The notes beneath the pieces were generated by a model, which worked only from the letters and a program-made list of their open reading frames with translations, had not been told where the DNA came from and made no database searches. The translations under genes and the position numbers were made by a program. Of a stretch of 64,000 nucleotides of DNA, positions 10,243 through 20,446 are shown in pieces; within the stretch, counting starts at the first letter, position 1, and each line of letters begins with the position of its first letter. This stretch comes from an uncultured Verrucomicrobiae bacterium. Its GTDB lineage: Bacteria > Verrucomicrobiota > Verrucomicrobiia > Chthoniobacterales > Terrimicrobiaceae. The DNA is taken from NCBI GenBank assembly GCA_963706955.1, contig CAVPOC010000015.1, forward strand, positions 35,700 through 99,699, in the 5' to 3' direction.

Positions 10243-11840
10243 TTACGAGTCGCGCTGCGAGCGAGCCAGGAAGCGCTTGAGTCGCTGTTCTTCCACGTCG
10301 AGATCATGTTCGATGCGCCTGCGCACTTCTTCTGAAATCTCGCCGGTCCGGCGCATTCTGGCGAGGCGATGGCGCGCATGATCCATCAGCTTCGGGAGGA
10401 GATCTCCGTCGCGGCTGGTGGCGTAGCGATTGATTTCCTTCGGCAGAGCGAGCCGGTCTTGCAACGTTCGCAGGCGGTCCTGGTAATGCATTTTCCAACG
10501 TTCGAGCGACTCGCGATACTCTGGTATCGGCTCGTTTTTGATCAGGTCATCGACTTCTTTAATGAGTTCATGAAGCAGGGAGACACGCGCCTTGCTTTCG
10601 CTCTGGAAATCCCAGTTCGGTTCCTCGACCTTCAGCTTGCGGGCAATCCACGGCAAAGTAAGGCCTTGAACCACCAGAGTGACAAAGATGACGCAAAAGG
10701 TCAGGAACAAGATGATATGGCGATGGGGAAACGCCTCGCCGGTCAATGTCACCAGTGGCAAGGCAAGCGCTGCTGCCATCGAGACCACACCACGCATGCC
10801 GGCCCACGAGGCGACCACCAGGTTGCCAATCGGTACATCCACCGCTGCAGAAAATATTTCTCGAAGAAGACCATCGGGAAGATCCAAAGAAATCGCACGG
10901 CAATGACCACGAAAGAGATTGCCGCCCCGACAAAGATCATCTGACCGACAGGCATTCTCATCTCACGCACAATCGTCGGAATTTGCAGACCAATGAGAAT
11001 GAAGACGAGCCCGTTGAGGAGATAGTCCAGGAGCTTCCAGATGCTTTCGCGCTGCAACCGGCTCTCGGGACCGAGCGCTTCCCATGAGCGATGCCCGATG
11101 TACAGGCCGGTCGTAACCACGGCGAGAACTCCGGAGAAGCCAAGTCGTTCAGCAGGCAGATAGGAAATGTAAGGCGTCAAAAGCGTGAGTGTCACCGCCA
11201 CGGAAGGATCACGCAAGTGGCGGTGGAGATACGCAGCGCTCATACCGATAAGCAGACCGAAGAGAGATCCTCCCAAGGACATCCAAACAAAATCAGCCGT
11301 CGCATCCGCAATCGAGAACGAGCCCGTGACGACAGCCGCGACGGCAAATTGATACGCCACCAACCCACTGGCGTCGTTGACAAGGCTCTCCCCCTCCAGC
11401 ACAGCCGACAACCGCTTCGGAATGCGTAGATTTTTCAAGACCGTCGTCGCGGCGACAGCGTCTGGAGGCGATACAATTGCGCCGAGCACGAAAGCCGGTG
11501 CCAGCGCCAGGCCCGGAATAAGCCAGTAAGCGGCGTAGGCGACGCAGACGATCGTGGCAAAGACAAGGCCGATAGCCAGAGCTAAAATCGGAAGGAAATT
11601 CGAACGAAAGTCTTCCCATGGAAAATTCCACGCTGCCGAGAAAAGTAACGGCGGCAAGAAAATCAGGAAGACGACTTCGGGATCCAGTCGAACCTCGGGC
11701 AGTCGCGGCAGCAAACCTATCAACAAGCCAGCCATGACCAGGAGGATGGGAAACGGGAATTTCACCCGCTCGGCCACAACTGCCAGGACGCTAACGATCC
11801 CGAGCAGTATAAGAACGGTGTGGATTTTCTCGATCATCAA
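10243..11840 (-). CDS. CPA1 Na+/H+ antiporter (NhaP/YjcE-like), split by one frameshift
   Basis: LPPLL, SPPDAVA and EGESLVNDA motifs in the first ORF; WAGMRGVVS in the second. Adding one G to the GG run at ~10842 joins them (FLQR-VDVPIG). Confidence 0.88.
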
Positions 11841-11945
11841 GTCCCCAAGAATGTTCGAAGGGGCGAGCCGAGGTCAATCTGTGGTAAAATCGCAAGGCGT
11901 CAAAGCCCTTGCGCTCCGCTCGCCGCGATGCATTAGATGTGTTTC

Positions 11946-13061
11946 ATGGTTTCTGTCGAGCATACCGATCCGGTAAATGCCCGGATTCTCTCTATTTCCG
12001 AGGACAAGATTGCCGGCTTCGTCCGCGATCCCTTTGCGACGATCGCTCGCCAGGCTGGACTGCCGCTCGACGTCGTGCTCAGCAGGATTCGCAAGATGCT
12101 CGAAGCCGGAACGATCCGACGGGTGCGCCAAACGTTGCTCGCCACAAACCTTGCTTCCGGCGCGCTAGTTGCTTGGAAGGTTCCGCCTGAACGACTCGAC
12201 GCCGCCTTCGATTTCATGTTTCAGGAGGATCCCTACTCCGGCCATGTAGTCATTCGATCGACGGACGCGAAAATTCCAGGCGGCGCCTACAAACTTTGGA
12301 CGACCTTGAAAGTCCCCGCAGGATTCTCCCTCGAAGCACATTGCCAGGCGCTGTGTTGCCGAACAGGAGCAGAAGCATTCCGGCTCATGCCGGCAAAAGG
12401 CATCTTCGCTCTGGGAGTGGGTCACGTCAGGCGCAAGACGATTCACCCCGGCGATAAGGCTTCTGGGCCAGCAAAGATGCACGTCGTTGAGACGATTACC
12501 TTAAGCGAGCACGAGTGGCGCATCTTGACCGCTCTGAAGCGAGAGTTTGCGCCCGATGAAATTCGGGAGCCGGTTTGGGAGTCACGCGCCGCCGAAGCCG
12601 GTGTGTCACTCGAAGAGTTTCTCTCCGTCGCCGAATCGCTGGCCGCCCGCAAGCTCATCGGCAGGTTCTCCACCTTTTTGGAGCACGTGAAGCCCAGCCA
12701 GAGCGGAATGCGAGTTACCCGGTTTAATGCCCTCTTTCACTGGGCGGTCCCGCGAAATCGAGAGATTGAGGCCGGCGGAGAAATTGGCCGTCACGAGATT
12801 CTCACCCATTGTTATTGGCGGGAAGCAGGGCCCGAATTCAACAATGTCAACATCATGGGCGTGGCACATGGAACAGAAAAAGAGCGTCTGCTCGAACACA
12901 AGGAAGCCATCGACCACCACCTCAAATCGATGGGCATTCCTGTCGCCTATACCAACGTCTTTTGGGGCGGACGAAGCGAAATCAAGCCATCGGAAATTTC
13001 GCCCTTTGCCTATCGCGACTGGCTCAAGGCCCTCCAGCAGAACATGGCCGCCTACTCCTAA
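11946..13061 (+). CDS. Lrp/AsnC-like double-domain protein, probable fused siroheme decarboxylase AhbAB (NirDLGH family)
   Basis: Two tandem wHTH + Lrp-like modules with ALVAWKVP/ALFHWAVP and HxxxR motifs (GHVVIR, THCYWR), as in AhbA/AhbB. Confidence 0.75.
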   Translation: MVSVEHTDPVNARILSISEDKIAGFVRDPFATIARQAGLPLDVVLSRIRKMLEAGTIRRVRQTLLATNLASGALVAWKVPPERLDAAFDFMFQEDPYSGHVVIRSTDAKIPGGAYKLWTTLKVPAGFSLEAHCQALCCRTGAEAFRLMPAKGIFALGVGHVRRKTIHPGDKASGPAKMHVVETITLSEHEWRILTALKREFAPDEIREPVWESRAAEAGVSLEEFLSVAESLAARKLIGRFSTFLEHVKPSQSGMRVTRFNALFHWAVPRNREIEAGGEIGRHEILTHCYWREAGPEFNNVNIMGVAHGTEKERLLEHKEAIDHHLKSMGIPVAYTNVFWGGRSEIKPSEISPFAYRDWLKALQQNMAAYS

Positions 13062-14470
13062 GTTTCAGCGGTCAACCGCGCACGGAGGTCCGCCCGACTG
13101 ATCTTTCCGCGAGCATTAAGCGGGATTTCCTCGAAGAAAAACCATCGTCTGGGCACCTGCCAGGCTGCCAGATTGCTAGCACAAAGCCTCCGCAATTCCG
13201 CCTCGGTCACCGCTCCTTGTATACAGGCGACCACTTCCTCTCCTCGCGTGCTGGCGGCCAAGCCAAGCACCACCGCCTCGCGCACGTTCGGCGACATTTT
13301 CAGCACCCTCTCGACCTCGCCGGGATTCAGTTTCCGCCCGGCGACATTTATCAGTTCAGAAGTTCGTCCGACGAGGACGAATCCGTCTGCGCTCCTTTCC
13401 AGCAGATCCGCAGGGCGAAAGGCTCGGTCGGCGAAGTTCACCTCTTCGCCGGGGGGCCAGTAACCGGAGCCTACCGCCAGACTGCGTACCCACACTTGTG
13501 AAGGACCCTCGGTCTCGACACTCAAGCTAACTCCCTCGAGCGGCTGGCCTACAAAGTTGGGCGGGGTATCGATCAGGTCGCTTCGATCATAGCAAATACC
13601 TCCGCACTCCGAAGCACCGTACAAGGAATGTATCTTGCGACTCCAGCTTTCGAAGAAGCCTCTTGCGACCGTGCCGAGCAGCGGCGCGCCCGCGGAAACG
13701 CAGAGACGAAGCTTCCTTAGTGAAACAGAAAACTCTGCCAGGCTTCGAAAGATTGCCGGGACTCCCGGAAAGACCGTCGCCGAAGTGGTTCGAAGTCCTT
13801 CGATAATCGCGCGAGGAATAAGGTCTGACGAAACGACCAGGCCGATGCCATCGCAGAGCAGCGGAGTAATCAAGTTGCTAAAGCCGTAAGAATGAGCAAA
13901 GGAAGCGACTCCGTAGTTGAGATCACTCTCGCGCAATCCCATCGTTTTGCAGATATTCTCATAATCTGCCAGGAGCTGCCCGGCGCTAAAGCTAATCGCG
14001 CGCGGCTCAGATGTTGTTCCCGACGTCACTTTGAGCATGTCCGCGCCCGAGTTTACCAGCGGTTCCAAATCCTCCCGTTGCGCGGTTTCGAGTCCGGCGT
14101 CCGAGGGGACAACGCGAAGGTCTGCTCCACAAAATTGCTCGATTCGGCGTCGGCGGTCAGCAGAGACATCGAGTTCCAGCGGCAGAAGAGTTCGACCGCT
14201 ACGCCAGGTAGCAATCACGATGGCAGGCCACTCCACACGATTTCCAATCTGGAGGCATACCGCTCCTGGCAAGTCACCGCGACCCAGTCGCGCCTCCCAG
14301 CGACGCGCCTCCTCTTCGATCAGGGAGAATGTCCGCAAGACAGTTCCATCAGGTGCAAAGATCGCCGCCTCTCCCTTTCTCGAGGAGAGCACCTCTCTCC
14401 AACGCGATAGAATGGGATTGTTTTCCCTATTGCGCGAGTTCTCTTCCCTGGTAAAGTTATGGGTTTTCAT
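13058..14470 (-). CDS. Class I adenylate-forming enzyme (AMP-binding acyl-CoA ligase-like)
   Basis: [10 protein letters not shown]-loop, HSYGF, YGASE, GRxxELINVAG and P(LN)ARGK motifs. Start is uncertain. Confidence 0.87.
   Translation of the reverse strand: MKTHNFTREENSRNRENNPILSRWREVLSSRKGEAAIFAPDGTVLRTFSLIEEEARRWEARLGRGDLPGAVCLQIGNRVEWPAIVIATWRSGRTLLPLELDVSADRRRRIEQFCGADLRVVPSDAGLETAQREDLEPLVNSGADMLKVTSGTTSEPRAISFSAGQLLADYENICKTMGLRESDLNYGVASFAHSYGFSNLITPLLCDGIGLVVSSDLIPRAIIEGLRTTSATVFPGVPAIFRSLAEFSVSLRKLRLCVSAGAPLLGTVARGFFESWSRKIHSLYGASECGGICYDRSDLIDTPPNFVGQPLEGVSLSVETEGPSQVWVRSLAVGSGYWPPGEEVNFADRAFRPADLLERSADGFVLVGRTSELINVAGRKLNPGEVERVLKMSPNVREAVVLGLAASTRGEEVVACIQGAVTEAELRRLCASNLAAWQVPRRWFFFEEIPLNARGKISRADLRARLTAET
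14430..14457 (+). promoter_or_regulatory. Putative sigma70 promoter for rpmE-prfA-prmC
   Basis: TTGCGC-16 nt-TAAAGT with an extended -10 TG at 14449-14450, 17 nt upstream of the rpmE ATG. Confidence 0.45.
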
Positions 14471-14474
14471 TGAA

Positions 14475-14711
14475 ATGAAGTCGTCGATCCATCCAACCTA
14501 CGTCGAGACCGTCATCGTATGCGCTTGCGGTGCGACCTATCGCACCCGCTCCACGCGGGACAACATCAAAATTGGCATCTGTGCGGCGTGCCATCCGTTT
14601 TTTACTGGTGAACAGAAGTTTGTCGATACGGCTGGGCGTGTGGATAAATTTAGGCGGCGCTACGGCACCGTGCGTGCTACGCGCGCAGTCAAGCCCGGAA
14701 AGAAAGCCTAG
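14475..14711 (+). CDS. rpmE: 50S ribosomal protein L31 (Zn-binding type)
   Basis: MKSSIHPTY...CACG...[25 protein letters not shown]-terminal part of the 14031 ORF, with the true ATG at 14475. Confidence 0.96.
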   Translation: MKSSIHPTYVETVIVCACGATYRTRSTRDNIKIGICAACHPFFTGEQKFVDTAGRVDKFRRRYGTVRATRAVKPGKKA

Positions 14712-14782
14712 ATCCCTTCCACTGCCAACGGTGATCGCGCGTTGCGCCATCACCGTTTCGCTTTTTCTGGCATCAATACGCC

Positions 14783-15859
14783 ATGGACTACTCTGTCCTA
14801 ATCGACAAGAAACGACGCCGTTTCGAGGAATTGGAGGAGGAAATCAGCGGCGGGCTGGTTTTCGATATCGCCGGTCGGGCGCGAAACATCCTTCGCGAAC
14901 ACGCCCGGCTTAAGGAGCTTGCCGAGCTTTGGGATGCCTACCAAAAAATTGAACAGGAGCTCGAGGAGAGCCAAAGGCTGACTGCCAGCGAAGACGCCGA
15001 AATGGCGGAGCTCGCTTCCGCGGAGATTCCCAGTCTCGGAAAGCGTCTCGGCCAGCTCGAAAAAGATCTTCAAATAGCCCTGTTGCCTCCGGAGCCCGGC
15101 GAAGATCGGGACGCCATCGTGGAGATTCGAGCCGGAACCGGCGGAACTGAGGCTGCCCTTTTTGCAGCCGACCTCTATCGTATGTACAGCCGGTTTGCAG
15201 AAGCTAACCGCTGGAAGGTCGAAGCAATGGACTCCAGCCAAGCGGACCTCGGCGGCTTGAAAGAGATCGTCTTTCGGCTTTCGGGCGATTCCGTCTTTCG
15301 AAAGATGCGCTATGAGTCCGGTGTCCACCGGGTCCAACGAGTTCCCGCCACGGAAGCACAAGGCCGCATTCATACTTCCACGGCGACGGTCGCCGTCTTA
15401 CCCGAGGCCGAAGAAATCGATATCGAGCTCAAAATGGAGGACCTGCGGATCGAGGTTTGCCGGTCCGGAGGTCCCGGAGGACAGGGGGTGAATACTACGG
15501 ATTCAGCCGTCCAGATCCTCCATATTCCGACTGGCCGCATTGTGCGCTGCCAGGACGGCCGCAGCCAACAGCAGAACAAGGAACGCGCACTCCAGATCAT
15601 GCGGTCTCGACTCCTCGAAGACAAACGGCGCCACGAGGAGGAGAAGTATTCAGCGCACCGCCGCAGCCTTATTGGAGGGGGAGGAAGGGAAGAAAAGATT
15701 CGCACCTATAATTTTCCGCAGAATCGGGTTACCGACCATCGGATTGGACTAACGATCTATAGCCTGGATCGCTTCATCGAAGGTGATATCGAAGAGATGA
15801 TCGACAGCTTGCAAGCCAGTGATATTTCGCAACGCCTCAAAGAGGCGGACATCGGCTGA
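14783..15859 (+). CDS. prfA: Peptide chain release factor 1
   Basis: GGQ motif, PAT (PxT) anticodon motif, [14 protein letters not shown]. Confidence 0.97.
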   Translation: MDYSVLIDKKRRRFEELEEEISGGLVFDIAGRARNILREHARLKELAELWDAYQKIEQELEESQRLTASEDAEMAELASAEIPSLGKRLGQLEKDLQIALLPPEPGEDRDAIVEIRAGTGGTEAALFAADLYRMYSRFAEANRWKVEAMDSSQADLGGLKEIVFRLSGDSVFRKMRYESGVHRVQRVPATEAQGRIHTSTATVAVLPEAEEIDIELKMEDLRIEVCRSGGPGGQGVNTTDSAVQILHIPTGRIVRCQDGRSQQQNKERALQIMRSRLLEDKRRHEEEKYSAHRRSLIGGGGREEKIRTYNFPQNRVTDHRIGLTIYSLDRFIEGDIEEMIDSLQASDISQRLKEADIG

Positions 15860-15922
15860 CCGATTTGCCTCGCCCGACGCGCCGCCAACTCCGCCGCCGG
15901 GTTGCTTCACCACCAAAAGCAC

Positions 15923-16768
15923 ATGACGGTCCTCGAGGTCCTCACAGCCGCAACCGGTTATCTCAAAGAGCATGGGGTGGAACATCCCCGGCTAAATGCC
16001 GAACACCTACTCGCGCACGTCCTTGGTAAAAAACGGCTCGACCTCTATCTCGAATTCGACCGTTCGCTGTCGGACGCAGAACGCGCACCGTTTCGCCGGC
16101 TGATCCGAGATCGGGGAACAAGAAGACCCCTGCAGCACCTTCTGGGGACGGCTGAATTCTTTGGTCGATCCTTTCTAAGCGACGGCCGGGCGCTGGTTCC
16201 CCGGCCTGAAACGGAACAACTCGTGGAACTGGTCCTTCAACAGCTTGCCAGCAGCCCAGAGGACGTCCGCATACTTGATGTTGGCACCGGTTCGGGAGTC
16301 ATCGCGATTACGCTGACTCTGGAATTCCCTCGTGCCGCCGTCTGGGCAACCGATGTTTCGCTTGAAGCTCTTTGCCTCGCTCGCGAGAACGGTATCCGGC
16401 ACTCGGTCGAGGTCAATTTCCTTCAGGCAAATCTGTTTCCGGCCGTGACCAAACGATTCGATTGGATCGTCGCGAACCTCCCCTACATCGTCTCCGAAGA
16501 ACTCGCCGGCCTTCAACGTGAGGTTCAGCACGATCCCCCTGCTGCGCTCGATGGCGGATCGGATGGTCTTTGCCACATCCGGAGACTCATCGAGTCCGCG
16601 CCCGAACACCTGACGCCAACCGGATGTCTGGCTCTGGAGCTTGGCCAAGGCCAAGCGGAGGTCGTTTCCTCTGAGCTCATCGCTCTCGGCTACGAAAAGG
16701 TTCGCATGTGGAAAGACTATCAAGGAATTGAGCGTTTCACCATTGCCTCGACTCCGCAGAAAGATTGA
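15923..16768 (+). CDS. prmC: Release factor glutamine methyltransferase
   Basis: LVPRPETE, LDVGTGSG, NLPY and ALDGG motifs; follows prfA. Confidence 0.94.
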   Translation: MTVLEVLTAATGYLKEHGVEHPRLNAEHLLAHVLGKKRLDLYLEFDRSLSDAERAPFRRLIRDRGTRRPLQHLLGTAEFFGRSFLSDGRALVPRPETEQLVELVLQQLASSPEDVRILDVGTGSGVIAITLTLEFPRAAVWATDVSLEALCLARENGIRHSVEVNFLQANLFPAVTKRFDWIVANLPYIVSEELAGLQREVQHDPPAALDGGSDGLCHIRRLIESAPEHLTPTGCLALELGQGQAEVVSSELIALGYEKVRMWKDYQGIERFTIASTPQKD

Positions 16769-16848
16769 CCATCACTCTAGTGGATGAACTAAAATTAACG
16801 CGACAGCGGATCGCGGAAGGTCTATCAAGCTAGGCGGAAGCAGAAACA

Positions 16849-18108
16849 ATGGATAAGATCATCGTCCACGGGGGATCCAAGCTGAGTGGATGCGTTCGGA
16901 TCAGCGGTTCCAAGAACTCGGCTCTGCCAATTCTCGCTGCCACGCTGCTGACCAAGGAACCCTGTGTCATCTCCCGGGTGCCGGATTTGAGCGATATCCA
17001 TTACATGCTAACGATTCTTAGCGAACTTGGCTGCGAGGTGGAACGGGCGAGTGGCATAGTCACCGTAAAGGCAGAAAATGTGCTCACCGACGCGCCCTAC
17101 GACATCGTCAGGAAAATGCGCGCTTCGATCTGCGTTCTTGGACCTCTGCTGGGCCGGGAAAAGGAAGCGACGGTTTCACTGCCAGGAGGCTGCGTCATTG
17201 GCGATCGGCCGATCGATTTGCACCTGCGAGGCTTCGAAGCTCTCGGTGCCGCCGTGCGCGTTCAGAGAGGTAACATCAAGGTCCTCGCTCCTGAGCTGCA
17301 CGGAGCAACGATCAATTTGCGTGGCAAGTTCGGCTCAACGGTGCTCGGCACGGACAACGTCATGATGGCGGCCGTGCTCGCTGAGGGGACGACGGTGATT
17401 GACGGCGCCGCCGAAGAACCGGAAGTCGAGGATCTCGCGAACTTCTTGATCGCCATGGGCGCGAAGATCGAGGGCGCCGGCACTCGGCGGATCATCATTG
17501 AAGGAGTAAAGGAACTCCATGGAGCTGAGCACCACATCATCCCGGACCGCATCGAGGCCGGCACTTTTCTAATTGCAGGGGCGATCATGGGCACCGAGGT
17601 AACGATCACGCGTGCGGAACCACGCCATTTGAAGGCGGTTCTCGATCCTCTCACTGAAGCCGGTTTCTTGATCTCTACGGCGAAGGACACGGTCACCCTC
17701 CGCTCAAATGGGACTGGGCGTCCCCTCAAGCTGGAAACTTGTCCCTACCCGGGCTTTCCCACCGACATGCAGGCGCAGATGTGTGCGCTGCTTTCCACAA
17801 TCGATGGAATCAGTGTGATCACCGAAACTGTCTTCCCGCAAAGATTCATGCACGTGGCCGAACTCAAGCGGATGGGGGCCAATATCGAACTGGAAGGTCC
17901 GACCGCGATCATCAATGGTGTCGCGAAGCTGAGCGGAGCACCCGTCATGGCCAGCGACCTCCGTGCCTCCGCTGCCCTCGTGCTCGCTGGACTCAAAGCG
18001 GAGAACTCTACCGAAATCAATCGCGTTTATCACATCGATCGAGGCTATGAGAGCCTCGACGAAAAGTTAAACGGGCTGGGTGCACAAATCGAACGGGTCA
18101 AAGTCTGA
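16849..18108 (+). CDS. murA: UDP-N-acetylglucosamine 1-carboxyvinyltransferase
   Basis: GSKNSALP, LPGGCVIGDRP (catalytic Cys retained), PDRIEAGT, FPTDMQ and DRGYE motifs. Confidence 0.97.
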   Translation: MDKIIVHGGSKLSGCVRISGSKNSALPILAATLLTKEPCVISRVPDLSDIHYMLTILSELGCEVERASGIVTVKAENVLTDAPYDIVRKMRASICVLGPLLGREKEATVSLPGGCVIGDRPIDLHLRGFEALGAAVRVQRGNIKVLAPELHGATINLRGKFGSTVLGTDNVMMAAVLAEGTTVIDGAAEEPEVEDLANFLIAMGAKIEGAGTRRIIIEGVKELHGAEHHIIPDRIEAGTFLIAGAIMGTEVTITRAEPRHLKAVLDPLTEAGFLISTAKDTVTLRSNGTGRPLKLETCPYPGFPTDMQAQMCALLSTIDGISVITETVFPQRFMHVAELKRMGANIELEGPTAIINGVAKLSGAPVMASDLRASAALVLAGLKAENSTEINRVYHIDRGYESLDEKLNGLGAQIERVKV

Positions 18109-18252
18109 TCCGCGCGCTCTCAAGCAGACTGTCTGGCCGCCTCGCGCGGTGCGACTTGTGAGGCGCTTGTTAGCCGCCCAGTCAGCTATTCCGCAGCCGC
18201 CTTGGCACCAACGCCTCTAGAAGTTTTCGGGTATTGTAGTGGGCACGTTGCC

Positions 18253-19356
18253 TTAGCGGGCCGTCTTACGATGAATCCAAACGCTCTGAAGGATGCCGAG
18301 CCCAAACAAGATCATCATCAGGAACGAGCCGCCGTAGCTGATCAAGGGAAGAGGAAGACCTGTGATCGGCGTAATCGAGATCGTCATTCCGATGTTTAGG
18401 AAAGTATAGGTAAAGATCAGCATGACGACACCGACAGCGAGTAGTTGCCCCAGCCCATCCTCCGCCTTCATGGCGATGTAGAGTCCTGTCAAGAGCAACA
18501 AACCCAATGCTGCGATCAGCAGAATCCCGCCCAAGAATCCGTGCTGTTCACCCAGGACCGCGAAAATAAAATCGTTGTGTTTGATGGTGGTTGGCAAGAA
18601 GCCGAGTTCGTTCAAGGTGTTCGATGCTCTAAAACCTTTTCCAGAAAAGCCACCGGAGCCGATCGCCGTCAGTGATTGAATGATATTCCACCCGTTTCCC
18701 TGCGGGTCCAGGTAGGGATTCACGAAGCTGGTGATACGGGCATACTGGTATGGCTTGAGGGCAAAATTGACGATCAACGGCACCATGGCCACACCAACGA
18801 TCATCATGGCGATGAGCCACCTCTTGGGAACCTCTCCTACGAACAAGAGAGCGATCACCATTGGCACCCAGACAATGCACATCCCCAGATCTGGCTCGAC
18901 GAGGATGAGCAGCCACGGTGCTCCAACGATCGCGCCACACCCTAGAATCCGCAAAACCGGGTAAATCTTTTTCGTTGCCTCTAGATACACCGCGATCGTC
19001 ATGATGCCGGCGAGAACGGCGAATTGGGAGGGTTGAACGCTCATGAACCCCAGGTTTAGCCAGCATTGCGCTCCATAGCGCCTCTCTCCCCAAAGCAGCA
19101 CGGCGACCAGCCCGATAACCCCCAGGACGTAACAGGGGACAGCTCCAAGGCGAATCCACCGGTAGTCAACTAGGGAGACGATAAAAAACACCGGGAGCGC
19201 GGCCAGGATCCAAACAATCTGGGACTTCCAAAACCTTTGCCCGGGAATCATCCACGTCGCGCTGTAGATTGCGTAAACTCCGTAAATCATCAGCGCAAAC
19301 ATCAACAGGAACAAAATCCAGTTCATGCCAAGGAGCTTTCGAAGCCAGGAACGCAT
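18253..19356 (-). CDS. rodA: SEDS protein RodA (FtsW/RodA family)
   Basis: QPSQF, EPDLG, PYQ, AIGSGG, HNDFIF and GLPLPLISYGGS motifs. Confidence 0.87.
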   Translation of the reverse strand: MRSWLRKLLGMNWILFLLMFALMIYGVYAIYSATWMIPGQRFWKSQIVWILAALPVFFIVSLVDYRWIRLGAVPCYVLGVIGLVAVLLWGERRYGAQCWLNLGFMSVQPSQFAVLAGIMTIAVYLEATKKIYPVLRILGCGAIVGAPWLLILVEPDLGMCIVWVPMVIALLFVGEVPKRWLIAMMIVGVAMVPLIVNFALKPYQYARITSFVNPYLDPQGNGWNIIQSLTAIGSGGFSGKGFRASNTLNELGFLPTTIKHNDFIFAVLGEQHGFLGGILLIAALGLLLLTGLYIAMKAEDGLGQLLAVGVVMLIFTYTFLNIGMTISITPITGLPLPLISYGGSFLMMILFGLGILQSVWIHRKTAR

Positions 19357-19371
19357 GCGAACGAAGGATAT

Positions 19372-20160
19372 TTATGCCAGCTGCGGCACCGCCGCCAGCA
19401 GAGTTTTCGTGTAGTCGTCCTGGGGGTTCTCGTAGATAGCTTCGGCCGGAGCAGCTTCGACGATCTTGCCATGATGCATGACCAAGACAAAGTCACTAAT
19501 GTGCTCAATCACAGCAAGATCATGGGCGATGAACAGATAAGAGATGCCCAGCTCCTCTTGCAAATCCTTCAAGAGATTGACGATCTGTCCTTGGACGCTG
19601 ACATCGAGGGCGCTGACCGGCTCGTCGCAAACTATGAAACGCGGCTTTACGGCCAATGCCCTGGCAATGCCGATTCGCTGGCGCTGACCGCCGCTAAACT
19701 CATGCGGGTATCGAACGGCCATTTCCGGTTCAAGCCCCACCTGCTTCAAGAGCGCAGCCACCGACTCGCGACGATCGGCGGCGGATAGCTCGCGAAAATG
19801 AATTTCCAGAGCCTCCCCGATGATCTCGCCGCAGTTCATGCGGGGGTTCAAAGAGCCGTATGGATCCTGAAAAATCATCTGCATTTCCCGCCGTAACGGC
19901 CGAAACTCCCTCTCGCTCATTGGTAGAATACCTTTGCCGTCGAAAATGACCTCGCCATCCGTCGCTCTAATAAGCTTCAGTAACGCCCGACCTACTGTTG
20001 TCTTCCCGCTCCCGCTCTCGCCTACCAACCCGACGGTTTGACCTCCCTCCACAACGAAGCTCACCCCATCCACTGCCTTGACCTCATCGACCTTCCGACG
20101 AAAAAAGCCGCCGAAGACCGGAAACCAAACCCTCAAATTCTTGACCTCCAGAAGCGCCAT
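19372..20160 (-). CDS. Oligopeptide/dipeptide-type ABC transporter ATP-binding subunit (OppF-like)
   Basis: GESGSGKT Walker [13 protein letters not shown] and DEPVSALD motifs. Confidence 0.9.
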   Translation of the reverse strand: MALLEVKNLRVWFPVFGGFFRRKVDEVKAVDGVSFVVEGGQTVGLVGESGSGKTTVGRALLKLIRATDGEVIFDGKGILPMSEREFRPLRREMQMIFQDPYGSLNPRMNCGEIIGEALEIHFRELSAADRRESVAALLKQVGLEPEMAVRYPHEFSGGQRQRIGIARALAVKPRFIVCDEPVSALDVSVQGQIVNLLKDLQEELGISYLFIAHDLAVIEHISDFVLVMHHGKIVEAAPAEAIYENPQDDYTKTLLAAVPQLA

Positions 20161-20446
20161 CGCGCAAGAAAGTGTGCCGTTTGACTAAAAAAGCAAGGCG
20201 GGATCAATTTCAACGATGACACCCCGTTGCCGCCGCATATCGATTGACCGACCTATTGAATTCAAATCATCTATCAGAAGAACGCACGGCGAAGGTACTT
20301 ATCCGAGTTATTACTCCTTTCCAGAACATTTTGTTTCTCTCCGATTGGAAATCGTCCGGGGCTAGGTGGACAGCGCAAACACCCTGCGGCGAGTGCATTT
20401 CCATTGGCTCAGGGAGTAAAGCGCAGAGGGCGCAGGAGCATTCTTG

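Noticed and set aside
10830..10860. Programmed frameshift in the Na+/H+ antiporter
   Set aside because: No slippery heptamer is evident; a single missing G in a short run is more simply a sequencing error or point lesion.
14031..14711. 226-aa ORF suggesting an N-terminally extended L31
   Set aside because: The upstream part is antisense to the AMP-ligase gene; canonical L31 begins at ATG 14475.
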